A stretch of 28,224 nt of DNA from a virus (Duplodnaviria > Caudoviricetes). The position numbers and the translations under genes are program-made. The stretch is from IMG/VR virus record IMGVR_UViG_3300022181_000145, positions 1 through 28,224 of that record; one strand, 5' to 3'. Positions 1-8,719 of the stretch are shown here, one piece after another (the first letter of the stretch is position 1; each line of letters begins with the position of its first letter). The notes beneath the pieces are model-generated. The model did not search any database. It was not told the DNA's origin and saw nothing but the letters and a program-made list of their open reading frames with translations.

Positions 1-840
1 CGAAGCGTCGGTTACGAAGAGGAACGATCTCCCACGCTCCGAGCCGGGGTTGTGCCGGGTGTCGCAATCGAAAACCATCCGGCAAACGGCCGATGTAAGG
101 TTTCCGAGGACGGAATGGTGCAGACGCTCACTTCCCGTATGGGAACGGGCGGTATGAACGTACCACTGGCAATACAGCCGTTCGGTATCTGTTCCGACAA
201 GAGCAATTCCATGCTGTCGGATAATCCACACAGCGGCATTTACAAGGCTGAAACTTCCCGCACCCTGGACGCGAACGGCGGAAATCCCGGCTGTAATCAA
301 GGCGGTATCGCCGTGGTTGCCTTACAGGGTTCCATGATCGGACGCGAGGATAAAAACGGCCCCCAGGGCAGCGGCATCGATGAAGATGTGTCTTTCACAT
401 TGAATACGGTCGACCGCCACGCCATAGCGTATGCCATGACCACAGGCTGCTTTTCGCAGGTCACGGAGGAAAAATCACCGACGCTCATGTCGCGTGATTA
501 TAAAGACCCGCCGCTTGTGAACCAGCCGGACTACATCGTCCGCAGGCTGACGCCCACAGAATGCGCACGGCTTCAAGGCTTCCCGGACGGCTGGTGCGCT
601 GACCTCGGTACGGATAGTCCGACCGAGGCGGACATTGCGTTTTGGGCAGGGGTATGGGAGACGCATCGAAAAATCATGGGTACAAGCGAAAAACCGAAAA
701 GCCGCAGGCAGATTATCAAATGGCTGCGGAATCCGCACGCCGACGCCGCCGAATACAAGATGTGGGGCAACGGGGTCGCCCTGCCTTGCGTCTGTTTTGT
801 GCTGGCAGGTATTGTGGAAAAAGAAAAAGGCGCGGATTAA
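1..840 (+). CDS. DNA (cytosine-5)-methyltransferase, C-terminal part (5'-truncated by the window)
   Basis: The frame is open from base 1. It carries motif IX 'VRRLTPTECARLQGFPD' and motif X 'YKMWGNGVALPCV', preceded by a long variable (TRD) region. Confidence 0.9.
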   Translation, partial: RSVGYEEERSPTLRAGVVPGVAIENHPANGRCKVSEDGMVQTLTSRMGTGGMNVPLAIQPFGICSDKSNSMLSDNPHSGIYKAETSRTLDANGGNPGCNQGGIAVVALQGSMIGREDKNGPQGSGIDEDVSFTLNTVDRHAIAYAMTTGCFSQVTEEKSPTLMSRDYKDPPLVNQPDYIVRRLTPTECARLQGFPDGWCADLGTDSPTEADIAFWAGVWETHRKIMGTSEKPKSRRQIIKWLRNPHADAAEYKMWGNGVALPCVCFVLAGIVEKEKGAD

Positions 841-859
841 CCGCACCTCCATTTTATTC

Positions 860-1060
860 TTACTTGCGCGGTGGCTTTACATTGACGTCAGGCCTGATGC
901 CGCCGTCAACCTCTCCGTGTTCGTTTTCAAAGGCTTTGATGTTATCCCGTATTAAAACAAGAATATGGCTGTTGACTGAGCGGCCTTCATATTCGGCCAC
1001 GAAGCTCAGCTTTTCCAGCATCTCTTCCTCAATCCGGATGGATACGCTTTTTACTGCCAT
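860..1060 (-). CDS. Arc/ribbon-helix-helix family DNA-binding protein
   Basis: 66 aa; N-terminal beta strand 'KSVSIRI' then 'EEEMLEKLSFVAEYEGRSVNSHILVLIRD' (RHH A-x-x-E-G-R-S-x-N pattern); RBS AAGGAGG upstream on the minus strand. Confidence 0.8.
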   Translation of the reverse strand: MAVKSVSIRIEEEMLEKLSFVAEYEGRSVNSHILVLIRDNIKAFENEHGEVDGGIRPDVNVKPPRK

Positions 1061-1083
1061 GGAACCCCTCCTTGCAACATTTT

Positions 1084-1152
1084 GGATATACTACGTATCC
1101 ATTTTATAGTCGGCCTGTGGTATAATGGCAGAAACAGATATGCGGTATATCT
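1084..1152. promoter_or_regulatory. Two related palindromic operators flanking an extended -10 promoter
   Basis: GGATAT-ACTAC-GTATCC (1084-1100) and AGATAT-GCGGT-ATATCT (1136-1152), with TG-G-TATAAT at 1118-1126 on the + strand. Confidence 0.6.
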
Positions 1153-1237
1153 AATTTATGTTTATGGGAGGGGCAATGAAAAATGTCGGAAATCCGGAGC
1201 GCCGGTCAAGGTATTTCGGCCTGAATAAGAGAAAGTA

Positions 1238-1277
1238 CTTGCTATCGAACCCATTTAGAGTCATAGATATACCCACC
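1238..1277 (+). promoter_or_regulatory. Conserved promoter-like motif, copy 1 of 4
   Basis: CTTGCTAT-N8-TTTAGAG-TCATAGATAT..ACC just upstream of the ORF at 1300. Confidence 0.55.
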
Positions 1278-1299
1278 AAAAGAAAGGTGGGCATTAAAG

Positions 1300-1572
1300 A
1301 TGGATGATAAGCTGAGAAAAGCCATGGATGAATTCATTACGCACAGGCTCGGCGATTTAGGAACAGATTCTCCCGCCCAGGTCACCGAAGCAATTACAAA
1401 TGTGAGCCGCTGTTCGGATAGACTGGCGGGCTCGTTGACGGAAGAACAGCATGAATACTGGATAGCGTTGGAGAACGCGCTTTCCCTGCAAGCTGGTGAG
1501 GAAGCGCGTTATTATTATAAGTCGGGGTTTAACGACGCCGTCCATTTCCTGCTGGGATGGAATGCTTTATGA
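1300..1572 (+). CDS. Hypothetical phage protein (helical, 90 aa)
   Basis: RBS GAAAGGTGG, ATG start, ATGA-coupled to the next gene; ends with a 'YYYKSGFNDA' motif typical of small Firmicute MGE proteins. Confidence 0.7.
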   Translation: MDDKLRKAMDEFITHRLGDLGTDSPAQVTEAITNVSRCSDRLAGSLTEEQHEYWIALENALSLQAGEEARYYYKSGFNDAVHFLLGWNAL

Positions 1573-1886
1573 TCAAGCCAACGGCTTATTTTGTAAGACG
1601 CCCGTTTCGGCTGGAAGATTTAAAGCGGCCCCACTCCCTTTCCGATGAAAAGCCCTATATAATTGAAAAGACTATCATCCTCGCCGCCATCGACTACGAA
1701 AACTTTGTAACCGACCTGTGCGTAGACCGATGGTTTATTGAGAACAACACAAAATTGTGCCATGTGGATAGAAACGGCGTCTGGCATTGTATCCTCGTGC
1801 GACAGCGCAGCCGCGTGGATGGGGTGCTGGTCATGTCCGGCGGTCGGGACTTCTCCTTGTGGGCTGCATACATACCAATAAGCTGA
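1569..1886 (+). CDS. Hypothetical protein, DUF6329-like
   Basis: ATG at 1569 overlaps the upstream TGA; 'WFIENN..CHVDRNGVWHCILV..DGVLV..AAY' resembles DUF6329 from memory. Confidence 0.65.
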   Translation: MIKPTAYFVRRPFRLEDLKRPHSLSDEKPYIIEKTIILAAIDYENFVTDLCVDRWFIENNTKLCHVDRNGVWHCILVRQRSRVDGVLVMSGGRDFSLWAAYIPIS

Positions 1887-1977
1887 GAGAGTCCGGGTCG
1901 AGCTCTTTTTGCTATGTCATATCCAAGGGTGCCGCATGGTTTTTCCTTGATATTTTTTCGCCTGTTATCACAAAATG

Positions 1978-2017
1978 CTTGCTATCTCAGGTGTTTAGAG
2001 CGAATATGTGATACAAC
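1978..2017 (+). promoter_or_regulatory. Conserved promoter-like motif, copy 2 of 4
   Basis: CTTGCTAT-N8-TTTAGAG-CGAATATGTG upstream of the ORF at 2065. Confidence 0.55.
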
Positions 2018-2064
2018 GAAGGGCGAGAAGCCCGCGAAATCAAGGAAAAATGGGGGAAACGAAT

Positions 2065-2982
2065 ATGAAACTTAGCTACAACGTAACCGGCTCGGAGCGC
2101 AAGTCACTGGTTGGCGCAATCAGTACGACGCTGAACGCCCCTGCCAAATACCTCGGCGCACCAACCTTCGCTTACGAGGTCGGAAGCTACCACATCGACA
2201 AGGTCGGAACGCTCACGGGTCCCGACAGTCTCGACCTGGAGGATGCACTTCACCAGCAGGGCTTTAGCGCAGACGGTGACACCCGCAAGTACGATGAACC
2301 CGACACCTACGAGAGCGGGCTTGGCGGCATGGGCGCACTTGACGAATTTCCGGATATTGACCAACACCACCCCGAACAGTATGCGAAGCCAGACGTACCC
2401 ATTACCGAAGCCATGCAAAGGCAGATTGATGAAGTGGTTTCTTTCGAGGATTTGCGAATGGACGGACGTGAGGAACTGGGGCTTGGACGCACTCCCAGAG
2501 AGGACTTCCAAGGCGAAAACGGAATGCAGGCAAGTGATGTCCCAGAACCTGATGAGGATATCGGACTGGTGGTTGAAATGCCACGCTCCTCCTTCACCGA
2601 TACGGCGCTCGAGAACCTCAAGCGCCTGGTCGAAAGTAAGGGAACCCTTATCAAAAAGGCTCTCGGCGCGGAAACACTCGAACTTGAAATAACAGATGAC
2701 AAGGTGGGGTTCCCGTGGTTCGAGGACGGCACCGACCCGGATGCTGTCAAGGCATACACGCATTTCGTCGCTACCCTTTGCGAGATGGCACGGGTACAGA
2801 AAAGGGTCACCGCCAAGGAAAAAGAGACCGATAACGACAAATACGCTTTCCGCTGCTTCCTTCTCCGGCTCGGCTTTATCGGAGCGGAATACAAAGAAGA
2901 ACGTAAAATTCTGCTCCGCAATCTGACAGGCAGCTCGGCATTTAAAACTCCGAAAAGTGAGGTAGCTGACGATGAACAATAA
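2065..2982 (+). CDS. Conserved clostridial prophage protein (often annotated 'virulence-related protein')
   Basis: N-terminus 'YNVTGSERKSLVGAIS..AKYLGAPTFAYEVG' and C-terminus 'NDKYAFRCFLLRLGFIGAEYKEERKILLRNLTGSSAF' are characteristic, with an acidic central insert. RBS GGGGGA precedes ATG 2065. Confidence 0.8.
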   Translation: MKLSYNVTGSERKSLVGAISTTLNAPAKYLGAPTFAYEVGSYHIDKVGTLTGPDSLDLEDALHQQGFSADGDTRKYDEPDTYESGLGGMGALDEFPDIDQHHPEQYAKPDVPITEAMQRQIDEVVSFEDLRMDGREELGLGRTPREDFQGENGMQASDVPEPDEDIGLVVEMPRSSFTDTALENLKRLVESKGTLIKKALGAETLELEITDDKVGFPWFEDGTDPDAVKAYTHFVATLCEMARVQKRVTAKEKETDNDKYAFRCFLLRLGFIGAEYKEERKILLRNLTGSSAFKTPKSEVADDEQ

Positions 2983-3217
2983 TTTTCCATCAAGAGAGAC
3001 TGTGGAGCGTATCCGAAAACAATACCCGGTCGGCTGCCGTGTGGAGCTTCTTCGCATGGACGATGTTCAAGCACCGCCACTCGGTACAAAGGGCACCGTA
3101 CGATATGTCGATGACATCGGCAGCTTGGGTGTCGCGTGGGACAACGGCAGTTCGCTTCAAGTGGTTTATGGCGAGGATTTATGCAGAAAGCTGGAGGATA
3201 CGAACGATGGACAGTAA
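2972..3217 (+). CDS. DUF4314 domain protein
   Basis: 'YPVGCRVELLRMDD.QAPPLGTKGTV..VDDIG...VAWDNGSSL..VYGED'; RBS GAGGT. Confidence 0.85.
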   Translation: MNNNFPSRETVERIRKQYPVGCRVELLRMDDVQAPPLGTKGTVRYVDDIGSLGVAWDNGSSLQVVYGEDLCRKLEDTNDGQ

Positions 3218-3383
3218 AGTTAAAGAGCAAATTCTCGCTGTCCGTGACACCGGACTGACAAATATGTTCGATGTCAGCACCGTCCAGCGCATTGCCCATG
3301 AAATGAACTTCTTCGAGCTGGTGCTTTTCCTTGAGGAACATAAGGACAAATACGTCCAATTCATCCTCACGGGTGAGGAATAA
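3207..3383 (+). CDS. DUF5049 domain protein
   Basis: 'MDSKVKEQILAVRDTGLTNMFDVSTVQRIA...FFELV...YVQFILTG'; RBS GGAGG; overlaps the previous gene. Confidence 0.85.
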   Translation: MDSKVKEQILAVRDTGLTNMFDVSTVQRIAHEMNFFELVLFLEEHKDKYVQFILTGEE

Positions 3384-3463
3384 CGCTGTAAATCACACAA
3401 TTTCTGCGGTAGTAACAGCCTTAAAATTCGTGCAGTTTATACCCGGATTTATCGCGTAATTGC

Positions 3464-3502
3464 CTGGATACAGTGTGCTTTTAGAGGTAATATGTGACTA
3501 CC
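3464..3502 (+). promoter_or_regulatory. Conserved promoter-like motif, copy 3 of 4
   Basis: CTGGATAC-N8-TTTAGAG-GTAATATGTGACTACC upstream of the ORF at 3537. Confidence 0.5.
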
Positions 3503-3536
3503 GAAAGGGAAAACACACCAAACGGAGGAAACGAAA

Positions 3537-3722
3537 ATGAACGAAAAACAATGGAAACAGGTTGAAGAACAGCTTCCTGCAGGAGCGAAAATCCTGCGAA
3601 CCTATAACGCCTTCGAGAACGGCGAATTGCGGATAATCGTGCAACTCCCCGGCGAGCGGTTCGAAACCCGCTACATCGCCCACTTTGAGGGCGAGGACGT
3701 AAAACTGGAACACAGACCGTAA
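3537..3722 (+). CDS. Small hypothetical protein (61 aa)
   Basis: Strong RBS GGAGG, ATG start, own upstream promoter-like motif. Confidence 0.7.
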   Translation: MNEKQWKQVEEQLPAGAKILRTYNAFENGELRIIVQLPGERFETRYIAHFEGEDVKLEHRP

Positions 3723-3802
3723 CAAACAGCAAAACAGCCGAGGACACCCCGAAAAGCACCGAGCCGGTGTGGCGGGGCTGTCTCTCCTATAATAGACTTT
3801 GA

Positions 3803-3829
3803 AGGCTTGCTTATGGCAGGTCTATTTTT
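3803..3829 (+). terminator. Putative intrinsic terminator upstream of terL
   Basis: GGCTTGC-TTATG-GCAGGTC stem (with G-U pairs) followed by TATTTTT. Confidence 0.5.
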
Positions 3830-3852
3830 ATGCTCGGAAGGAGGCCGCGGAT

Positions 3853-5454
3853 ATCAGAAAGCTAAAGAAATACAAACAGACACAGTTTAAAACCACAGAT
3901 TCTGTTTACGACAAGGCCTCCGCCGACTATGCTGTAGCTTTTGTCGAAGCCCTTGCCCACACCAAAGGCACATGGGCCGGCAAGCCCTTCGAGCTGATTG
4001 ATTGGCAGGAGCAAATTATCCGCGACGTGTTTGGAACCCTCAAACCGAACGGCTACCGCCAGTTTAACACCGCCTATGTTGAGATACCGAAGAAGATGGG
4101 AAAAAGTGAGCTTGCGGCGGCTGTTGCCCTGTTGCTCACCTGCGGGGACAATGAGGAACGCGCCGAAGTTTACGGCTGCGCCGCTGACCGAAATCAAGCA
4201 TCCATTGTGTTCAATGTGGCGGCGGATATGGTGCGAATGTGCCCTGCACTTTCTAAACGCGTCAAAATTCTTGATGCAACCAAGCGGCTCATTTATCAGC
4301 CTACCGGGAGCATTTATCAGGTGCTGTCGGCAGACGTCGGCAACAAGCACGGATTTAATACCCACGGTGTGGTGTTTGATGAACTGCACACCCAGCCGAA
4401 CAGAAAATTATATGACGTCATGACCAAGGGCAGCGGTGATGCGAGAATGCAGCCGCTGTATTTTCTGATCACCACCGCTGGGGATAACCAGAACAGCATC
4501 TGCTGGGAGGTGCATCAGAAGGCACTGGATATTATTGACGGCAGAAAGCACGATCCAACCTTCTACCCGGTGATTTACGGCGCGGCTCAAGAGGACGACT
4601 GGACAGACCCCAAGGTGTGGAAGAAGGCGAACCCATCCCTCGGTATTACGGTGGGTATGGATAAGGTCAGGGCAGCGTTTGAGTCGGCAAAGCAGAACCC
4701 GGCCGAAGAGAACAGCTTCCGGCAGCTCCGACTGAACCAATGGGTCAAGCAAGCTGTGCGCTGGATGCCGATGGACAAATGGGATGCCTGCGCATTCCCC
4801 GTGGATGAAAAGTCGCTCGAAGGTCGTGTCTGCTACGGAGGGCTTGACCTTTCATCCTCCACCGATATCACGGCATTTGTTCTGGTATTTCCCCCATTGG
4901 ATGAGGATGACAAATACAGTGTAATGCCCTTCTTCTGGATACCGGAGGACAACATCGACCTGCGTGTGCGCAGAGACCATGTGAATTATGATGTCTGGAA
5001 AAAGCAGGGCTTCCTGAAAACCACCGAGGGCAATGTGGTGCATTACGGCTACATCGAGCAATTCATCGAAACCCTCGGTGAGAAATACAACATCCGTGAA
5101 ATTGCCTTCGACCGCTGGGGAGCTGTCCAAATGACGCAAAACCTTGAAAACCTTGGCTTCTCGGTCGTGCCCTTCGGTCAGGGTTTTAAAGATATGAGTC
5201 CTCCGACAAAAGAACTGATGAAACTGACGCTGGAGGAAAAACTCGCCCACGGCGGCCACCCGGTACTCCGCTGGATGATGGATAACATCTTTATCCGCAC
5301 CGACCCGGCCGGCAACGTCAAAGCTGACAAAGAGAAAAGCACCGAGAAAATCGACGGCGCGGTAGCCACCATCATGGCGCTTGACCGCGCGATTCGGTGC
5401 GGCAACGATACGGGCGAAAGCGTGTACAACACACGCGGACTGCTCGTTTTTTAA
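3853..5454 (+). CDS. terL: Phage terminase large subunit
   Basis: Walker A 'IPKKMGKSE', Walker B 'VVFDELH', nuclease motifs 'GGLDLSS' and 'KIDGAVA'. Start placed at ATC 3853, 8 nt after AAGGAGG; the ORF track opens at TTG 3799. Confidence 0.95.
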   Translation: MRKLKKYKQTQFKTTDSVYDKASADYAVAFVEALAHTKGTWAGKPFELIDWQEQIIRDVFGTLKPNGYRQFNTAYVEIPKKMGKSELAAAVALLLTCGDNEERAEVYGCAADRNQASIVFNVAADMVRMCPALSKRVKILDATKRLIYQPTGSIYQVLSADVGNKHGFNTHGVVFDELHTQPNRKLYDVMTKGSGDARMQPLYFLITTAGDNQNSICWEVHQKALDIIDGRKHDPTFYPVIYGAAQEDDWTDPKVWKKANPSLGITVGMDKVRAAFESAKQNPAEENSFRQLRLNQWVKQAVRWMPMDKWDACAFPVDEKSLEGRVCYGGLDLSSSTDITAFVLVFPPLDEDDKYSVMPFFWIPEDNIDLRVRRDHVNYDVWKKQGFLKTTEGNVVHYGYIEQFIETLGEKYNIREIAFDRWGAVQMTQNLENLGFSVVPFGQGFKDMSPPTKELMKLTLEEKLAHGGHPVLRWMMDNIFIRTDPAGNVKADKEKSTEKIDGAVATIMALDRAIRCGNDTGESVYNTRGLLVF

Positions 5455-5470
5455 TTGGAGGGAACTGCCT

Positions 5471-6787
5471 ATGAACATCTTTAAGGGAATATTCAAAGCC
5501 CGCGACAAGCCTAAAAACTTAGGCGGCGGCACCAGCTTTTTATGGGGCGGCTCGTCCTCCGGCAAGGTTGTAAACGAAAAAACAGCCATGCAGATGACTG
5601 CGGTTTACTCCTGCGTCCGCATATTATCCGAAGCAATCGCGGGGTTGCCGCTGTTTGTGTATAAATACGGCGACGATGGCAGCAAGGACAAATATCTTGA
5701 ACATCCGCTGTGGCGTGTGCTGCACGACGAGCCAAACCCGGAGATGACATCGTTTGTTTTCCGGGAAACCATGATGAACCACCTATTGCTGACGGGCAAC
5801 GCCTACGCTCAGATTATCCGCAACGCACGCAGCGACGTCGTGGCGCTGTATCCCCTCATGCCCAACCGCATGACTGTGGACCGGGATTCGCAAGGACGGC
5901 TTTATTACCGCTACAGAAAAAGCAGCGACGATGCGCCGGAGGTCAGCAAGAACAAGCCGAGCGATATTATCCTCGCGCCGAGTGATGTGCTGCACATTCT
6001 CGGTTTAGGCTTTGACGGGCTGGTCGGCTATTCACCGATTGCAGTGGCTAAAAACGCCGTGGGACTTGCCATGGCCGCCGAGGAATACGGTGCGAAGTTC
6101 TTCGCCAACGGTGCGGCGCCAAGCGGGGTGCTCGAACATCCCGGCACATTAAAGGACCCGGAGCGCATCCGGGAAAGTTGGCAGTCCACCTTTGGCGGCA
6201 GCGCCAACAGCAATAAAATCGCCGTGCTGGAGGAGGGTCTCAAATATACACCTATTGCCATCTCTCCTGAGCAGGCCCAATTTTTGGAGACACGTAAATT
6301 TCAGATCAACGAAATCGCGCGTATCTTCCGTGTGCCGCCCCATATGTTGGCGGATTTGGAAAAATCCTCGTTCTCCAATATCGAGCAGCAGTCGCTTGAG
6401 TTTGTGAAATACACCCTAGACCCGTGGGTCATCCGCTGGGAACAGGCAATGAACAAGTCGCTCCTGCTGGAAAGCGAAAAGCGTGATGTGTTCACCAAGT
6501 TCAATGTGGACGGGCTGCTTCGCGGCGATTATCAGAGCCGCATGACAGGCTACGCTACGGCGCGGCAAAACGGCTGGATGAGCGCCAACGATATCCGGCA
6601 GCTTGAAAACCTCGACCGGATACCGGCGGGGCTTGGCGGCGACCTTTACCTGATCAATGGTGCAATGACCAAATTACAGGACGCCGGCGCGTTCGCCAAT
6701 ACAAATACAACAGAACCGGAGGAATCTTCAGATGGACAAAACAAATCGGGCGGCAAGCCCAGGCAAAGTCCCCGTCAGGGCGCGTGA
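5471..6787 (+). CDS. Phage portal protein, HK97 family
   Basis: 'AVYSCVRILSEAIAGLP', 'PNPEMTSFVF', 'GNAYA', 'IARIFRVPPHML', 'SFSNIEQQ'; RBS GGAGG; directly after terL. Confidence 0.95.
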   Translation: MNIFKGIFKARDKPKNLGGGTSFLWGGSSSGKVVNEKTAMQMTAVYSCVRILSEAIAGLPLFVYKYGDDGSKDKYLEHPLWRVLHDEPNPEMTSFVFRETMMNHLLLTGNAYAQIIRNARSDVVALYPLMPNRMTVDRDSQGRLYYRYRKSSDDAPEVSKNKPSDIILAPSDVLHILGLGFDGLVGYSPIAVAKNAVGLAMAAEEYGAKFFANGAAPSGVLEHPGTLKDPERIRESWQSTFGGSANSNKIAVLEEGLKYTPIAISPEQAQFLETRKFQINEIARIFRVPPHMLADLEKSSFSNIEQQSLEFVKYTLDPWVIRWEQAMNKSLLLESEKRDVFTKFNVDGLLRGDYQSRMTGYATARQNGWMSANDIRQLENLDRIPAGLGGDLYLINGAMTKLQDAGAFANTNTTEPEESSDGQNKSGGKPRQSPRQGA

Positions 6788-7511
6788 CAAAGCGCATTTC
6801 TGGAACTGGGATAATGACGAGGAATCGGGCGTCCGCACCCTCTGCCTTGACGGCACCATTGCGGACGAGAGCTGGTGGGGCGATGAAATCACGCCACGAA
6901 TGTTCAAGGATGAGCTGTTTTCCGGCAGCGGAGATATCGTTGTTTGGATCAACTCTCCCGGCGGGGACTGCGTGGCAGCTTCTCAGATTTACACCATGCT
7001 CATGGACTACACGGGCAATGTCACCGTGAAAATCGACGGTCTGGCAGCGAGCGCTGCTTCTGTCATTGCAATGGCGGGTACCGAGGTGCTTATGGCTCCT
7101 ACGGCACTGCTCATGATTCACAATCCGATGTCAATCGCTATCGGCGATACCGAGGAAATGCAGAAGGCCATCGCCATGCTGGACGAGGTCAAGGAAAGCA
7201 TTATCAACGCCTACGAAATCAAGACCGGGCAGTCCAGAGCGAAAATATCCCATCTCATGGACGGTGAAACCTGGATGAACGCTAACAAAGCTATCGAGCT
7301 TGGTTTTGTGGACGGAATCTTAGAGGACACCAAGCGCGGTCATGCCGAAGACGTGGTCTTTGCGTTTAGCCGCAGGGCGGTTACCAATTCACTTATGAAC
7401 AAGCTCATCTCAAAATCCGCTCCGAAGTCAGAGCAAAAGAAGCAGGATTCGCCGACCGGCGTTTCCATCGAAGCGGCCATGCAGAAACTGCAGGCCCGTA
7501 AATACATTTAA
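6732..7511 (+). CDS. ClpP-like prohead (head maturation) protease
   Basis: 'WINSPGGD', 'GLAASAASVIAMAG', 'MIHNP', 'ETWMNANKAIELGFVD'; lies between portal and capsid. Confidence 0.93.
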   Translation: MDKTNRAASPGKVPVRARDKAHFWNWDNDEESGVRTLCLDGTIADESWWGDEITPRMFKDELFSGSGDIVVWINSPGGDCVAASQIYTMLMDYTGNVTVKIDGLAASAASVIAMAGTEVLMAPTALLMIHNPMSIAIGDTEEMQKAIAMLDEVKESIINAYEIKTGQSRAKISHLMDGETWMNANKAIELGFVDGILEDTKRGHAEDVVFAFSRRAVTNSLMNKLISKSAPKSEQKKQDSPTGVSIEAAMQKLQARKYI

Positions 7512-7524
7512 CGGAGGTTTTATT

Positions 7525-8706
7525 ATGAAAAAGGTACTCGAAATGCGCGAAAAGCGCGCAAAGGCATGGGACGCTGCAAAGGCGTTTCTGGACACCCGCG
7601 CCAAGGACGGCGTCCTTTCCGCAGAGGATAATGCGACCTACGACAAAATGCTTGCGGATATTGACGCGATGGCGCGTCAGATCGCCCTTGAGGAAGACCG
7701 CGTGGCAAGAGATGCCGCGATGGCGCAGCCCACCAGTTCTCCCATCACTGCAAAGCCCAATGCTCAGGATGGGAAGCCCGTCCACTTCAGAGCGACCGCC
7801 GAATACCGCGAGGACTTTTTAAACCTCGTGCGCGGCAAGCGTCCCGTTCACAATGTCATAGAGGAGGGCACCCCTTCTACCGGTGGCTATCTTGTTCCGA
7901 TCGAGTTCGACAGGAATCTTGTCCGGGCACTTGAACGCGAGAACGTCATTCGTTCTATTGCAAAGGTGATTACCACCGCCGCACCGCACAGGATAAACGT
8001 CGCACTCACCGATGTATCCGCTGACTGGGTGGCGGAGTCCGGCACCTTTACGCCCAGCACGCCCACCTTCAATCAGCTTTCCCTCGATGCGTACACCCTC
8101 CGTGCGGCGGCGCTGGTTTCGGAGGAACTGCTTCAGGATTCCATGTTTGACCTGGAGGACTATCTCATCAGCAATTTCGCCCTCGCTTTTGCAGCCAAGG
8201 AAGAGCAGGCTTTCTGTGTCGGCATCGGCGAAGGGCAACCCACCGGTATCTTCACCGCAAAGGGCGGGGATGTTGGTGTGACGACCGCCGGCGCAACTGA
8301 CATCAAAGCGGATGAGCTCATCGACCTCACCTATTCCCTCAAAGACGGCTACAAGAAAAACGCCAAATTTGTTTTGAGCAGCGCTACTCTTGCGGGTATC
8401 CGTAAGCTCAAAGACGGTAACGGCGCATATATGTGGCAGCCGTCCCTGCAGGCAGATCAGCCCGACCGTCTGCTCGGCTTCCCGGTGTATGTCTCCCAGT
8501 ATGCTCCGACTCTTGCGGCAAACGCATACACCGTCGCTTTCGGTGACTTCCAGAATTACTGGATTGCCGACCGCAGCGGCAGAACCGTGCGCCGTGCGGA
8601 TGAGCTGCATATCGCCAACCTGCAAACCGGCTTCTATGCTTTCCAGCGTGTGGACGGCAAGACCGTATTGCCCGAAGGCATCAAGCTGCTCAAGCAGCAC
8701 GCGTAA
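7525..8706 (+). CDS. Major capsid protein, HK97 family
   Basis: N-terminal coiled-coil delta domain, 'GGYLVP', 'VSEELLQDS.FDLE.Y', 'LKDGNGAYMWQP', 'FGDF'; RBS GGAGG. Confidence 0.95.
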   Translation: MKKVLEMREKRAKAWDAAKAFLDTRAKDGVLSAEDNATYDKMLADIDAMARQIALEEDRVARDAAMAQPTSSPITAKPNAQDGKPVHFRATAEYREDFLNLVRGKRPVHNVIEEGTPSTGGYLVPIEFDRNLVRALERENVIRSIAKVITTAAPHRINVALTDVSADWVAESGTFTPSTPTFNQLSLDAYTLRAAALVSEELLQDSMFDLEDYLISNFALAFAAKEEQAFCVGIGEGQPTGIFTAKGGDVGVTTAGATDIKADELIDLTYSLKDGYKKNAKFVLSSATLAGIRKLKDGNGAYMWQPSLQADQPDRLLGFPVYVSQYAPTLAANAYTVAFGDFQNYWIADRSGRTVRRADELHIANLQTGFYAFQRVDGKTVLPEGIKLLKQHA

Positions 8707-8719
8707 GGAGGGCTGGCCC

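Noticed and set aside
2104-3359. Long minus-strand ORFs (317 aa and 350 aa)
   Set aside because: They are antisense shadows of well-supported plus-strand genes and show no recognisable motifs.
3799-3852. TTG start for the terminase from the ORF track
   Set aside because: It has no RBS and would translate through a terminator-like hairpin; the strong RBS points to 3853.
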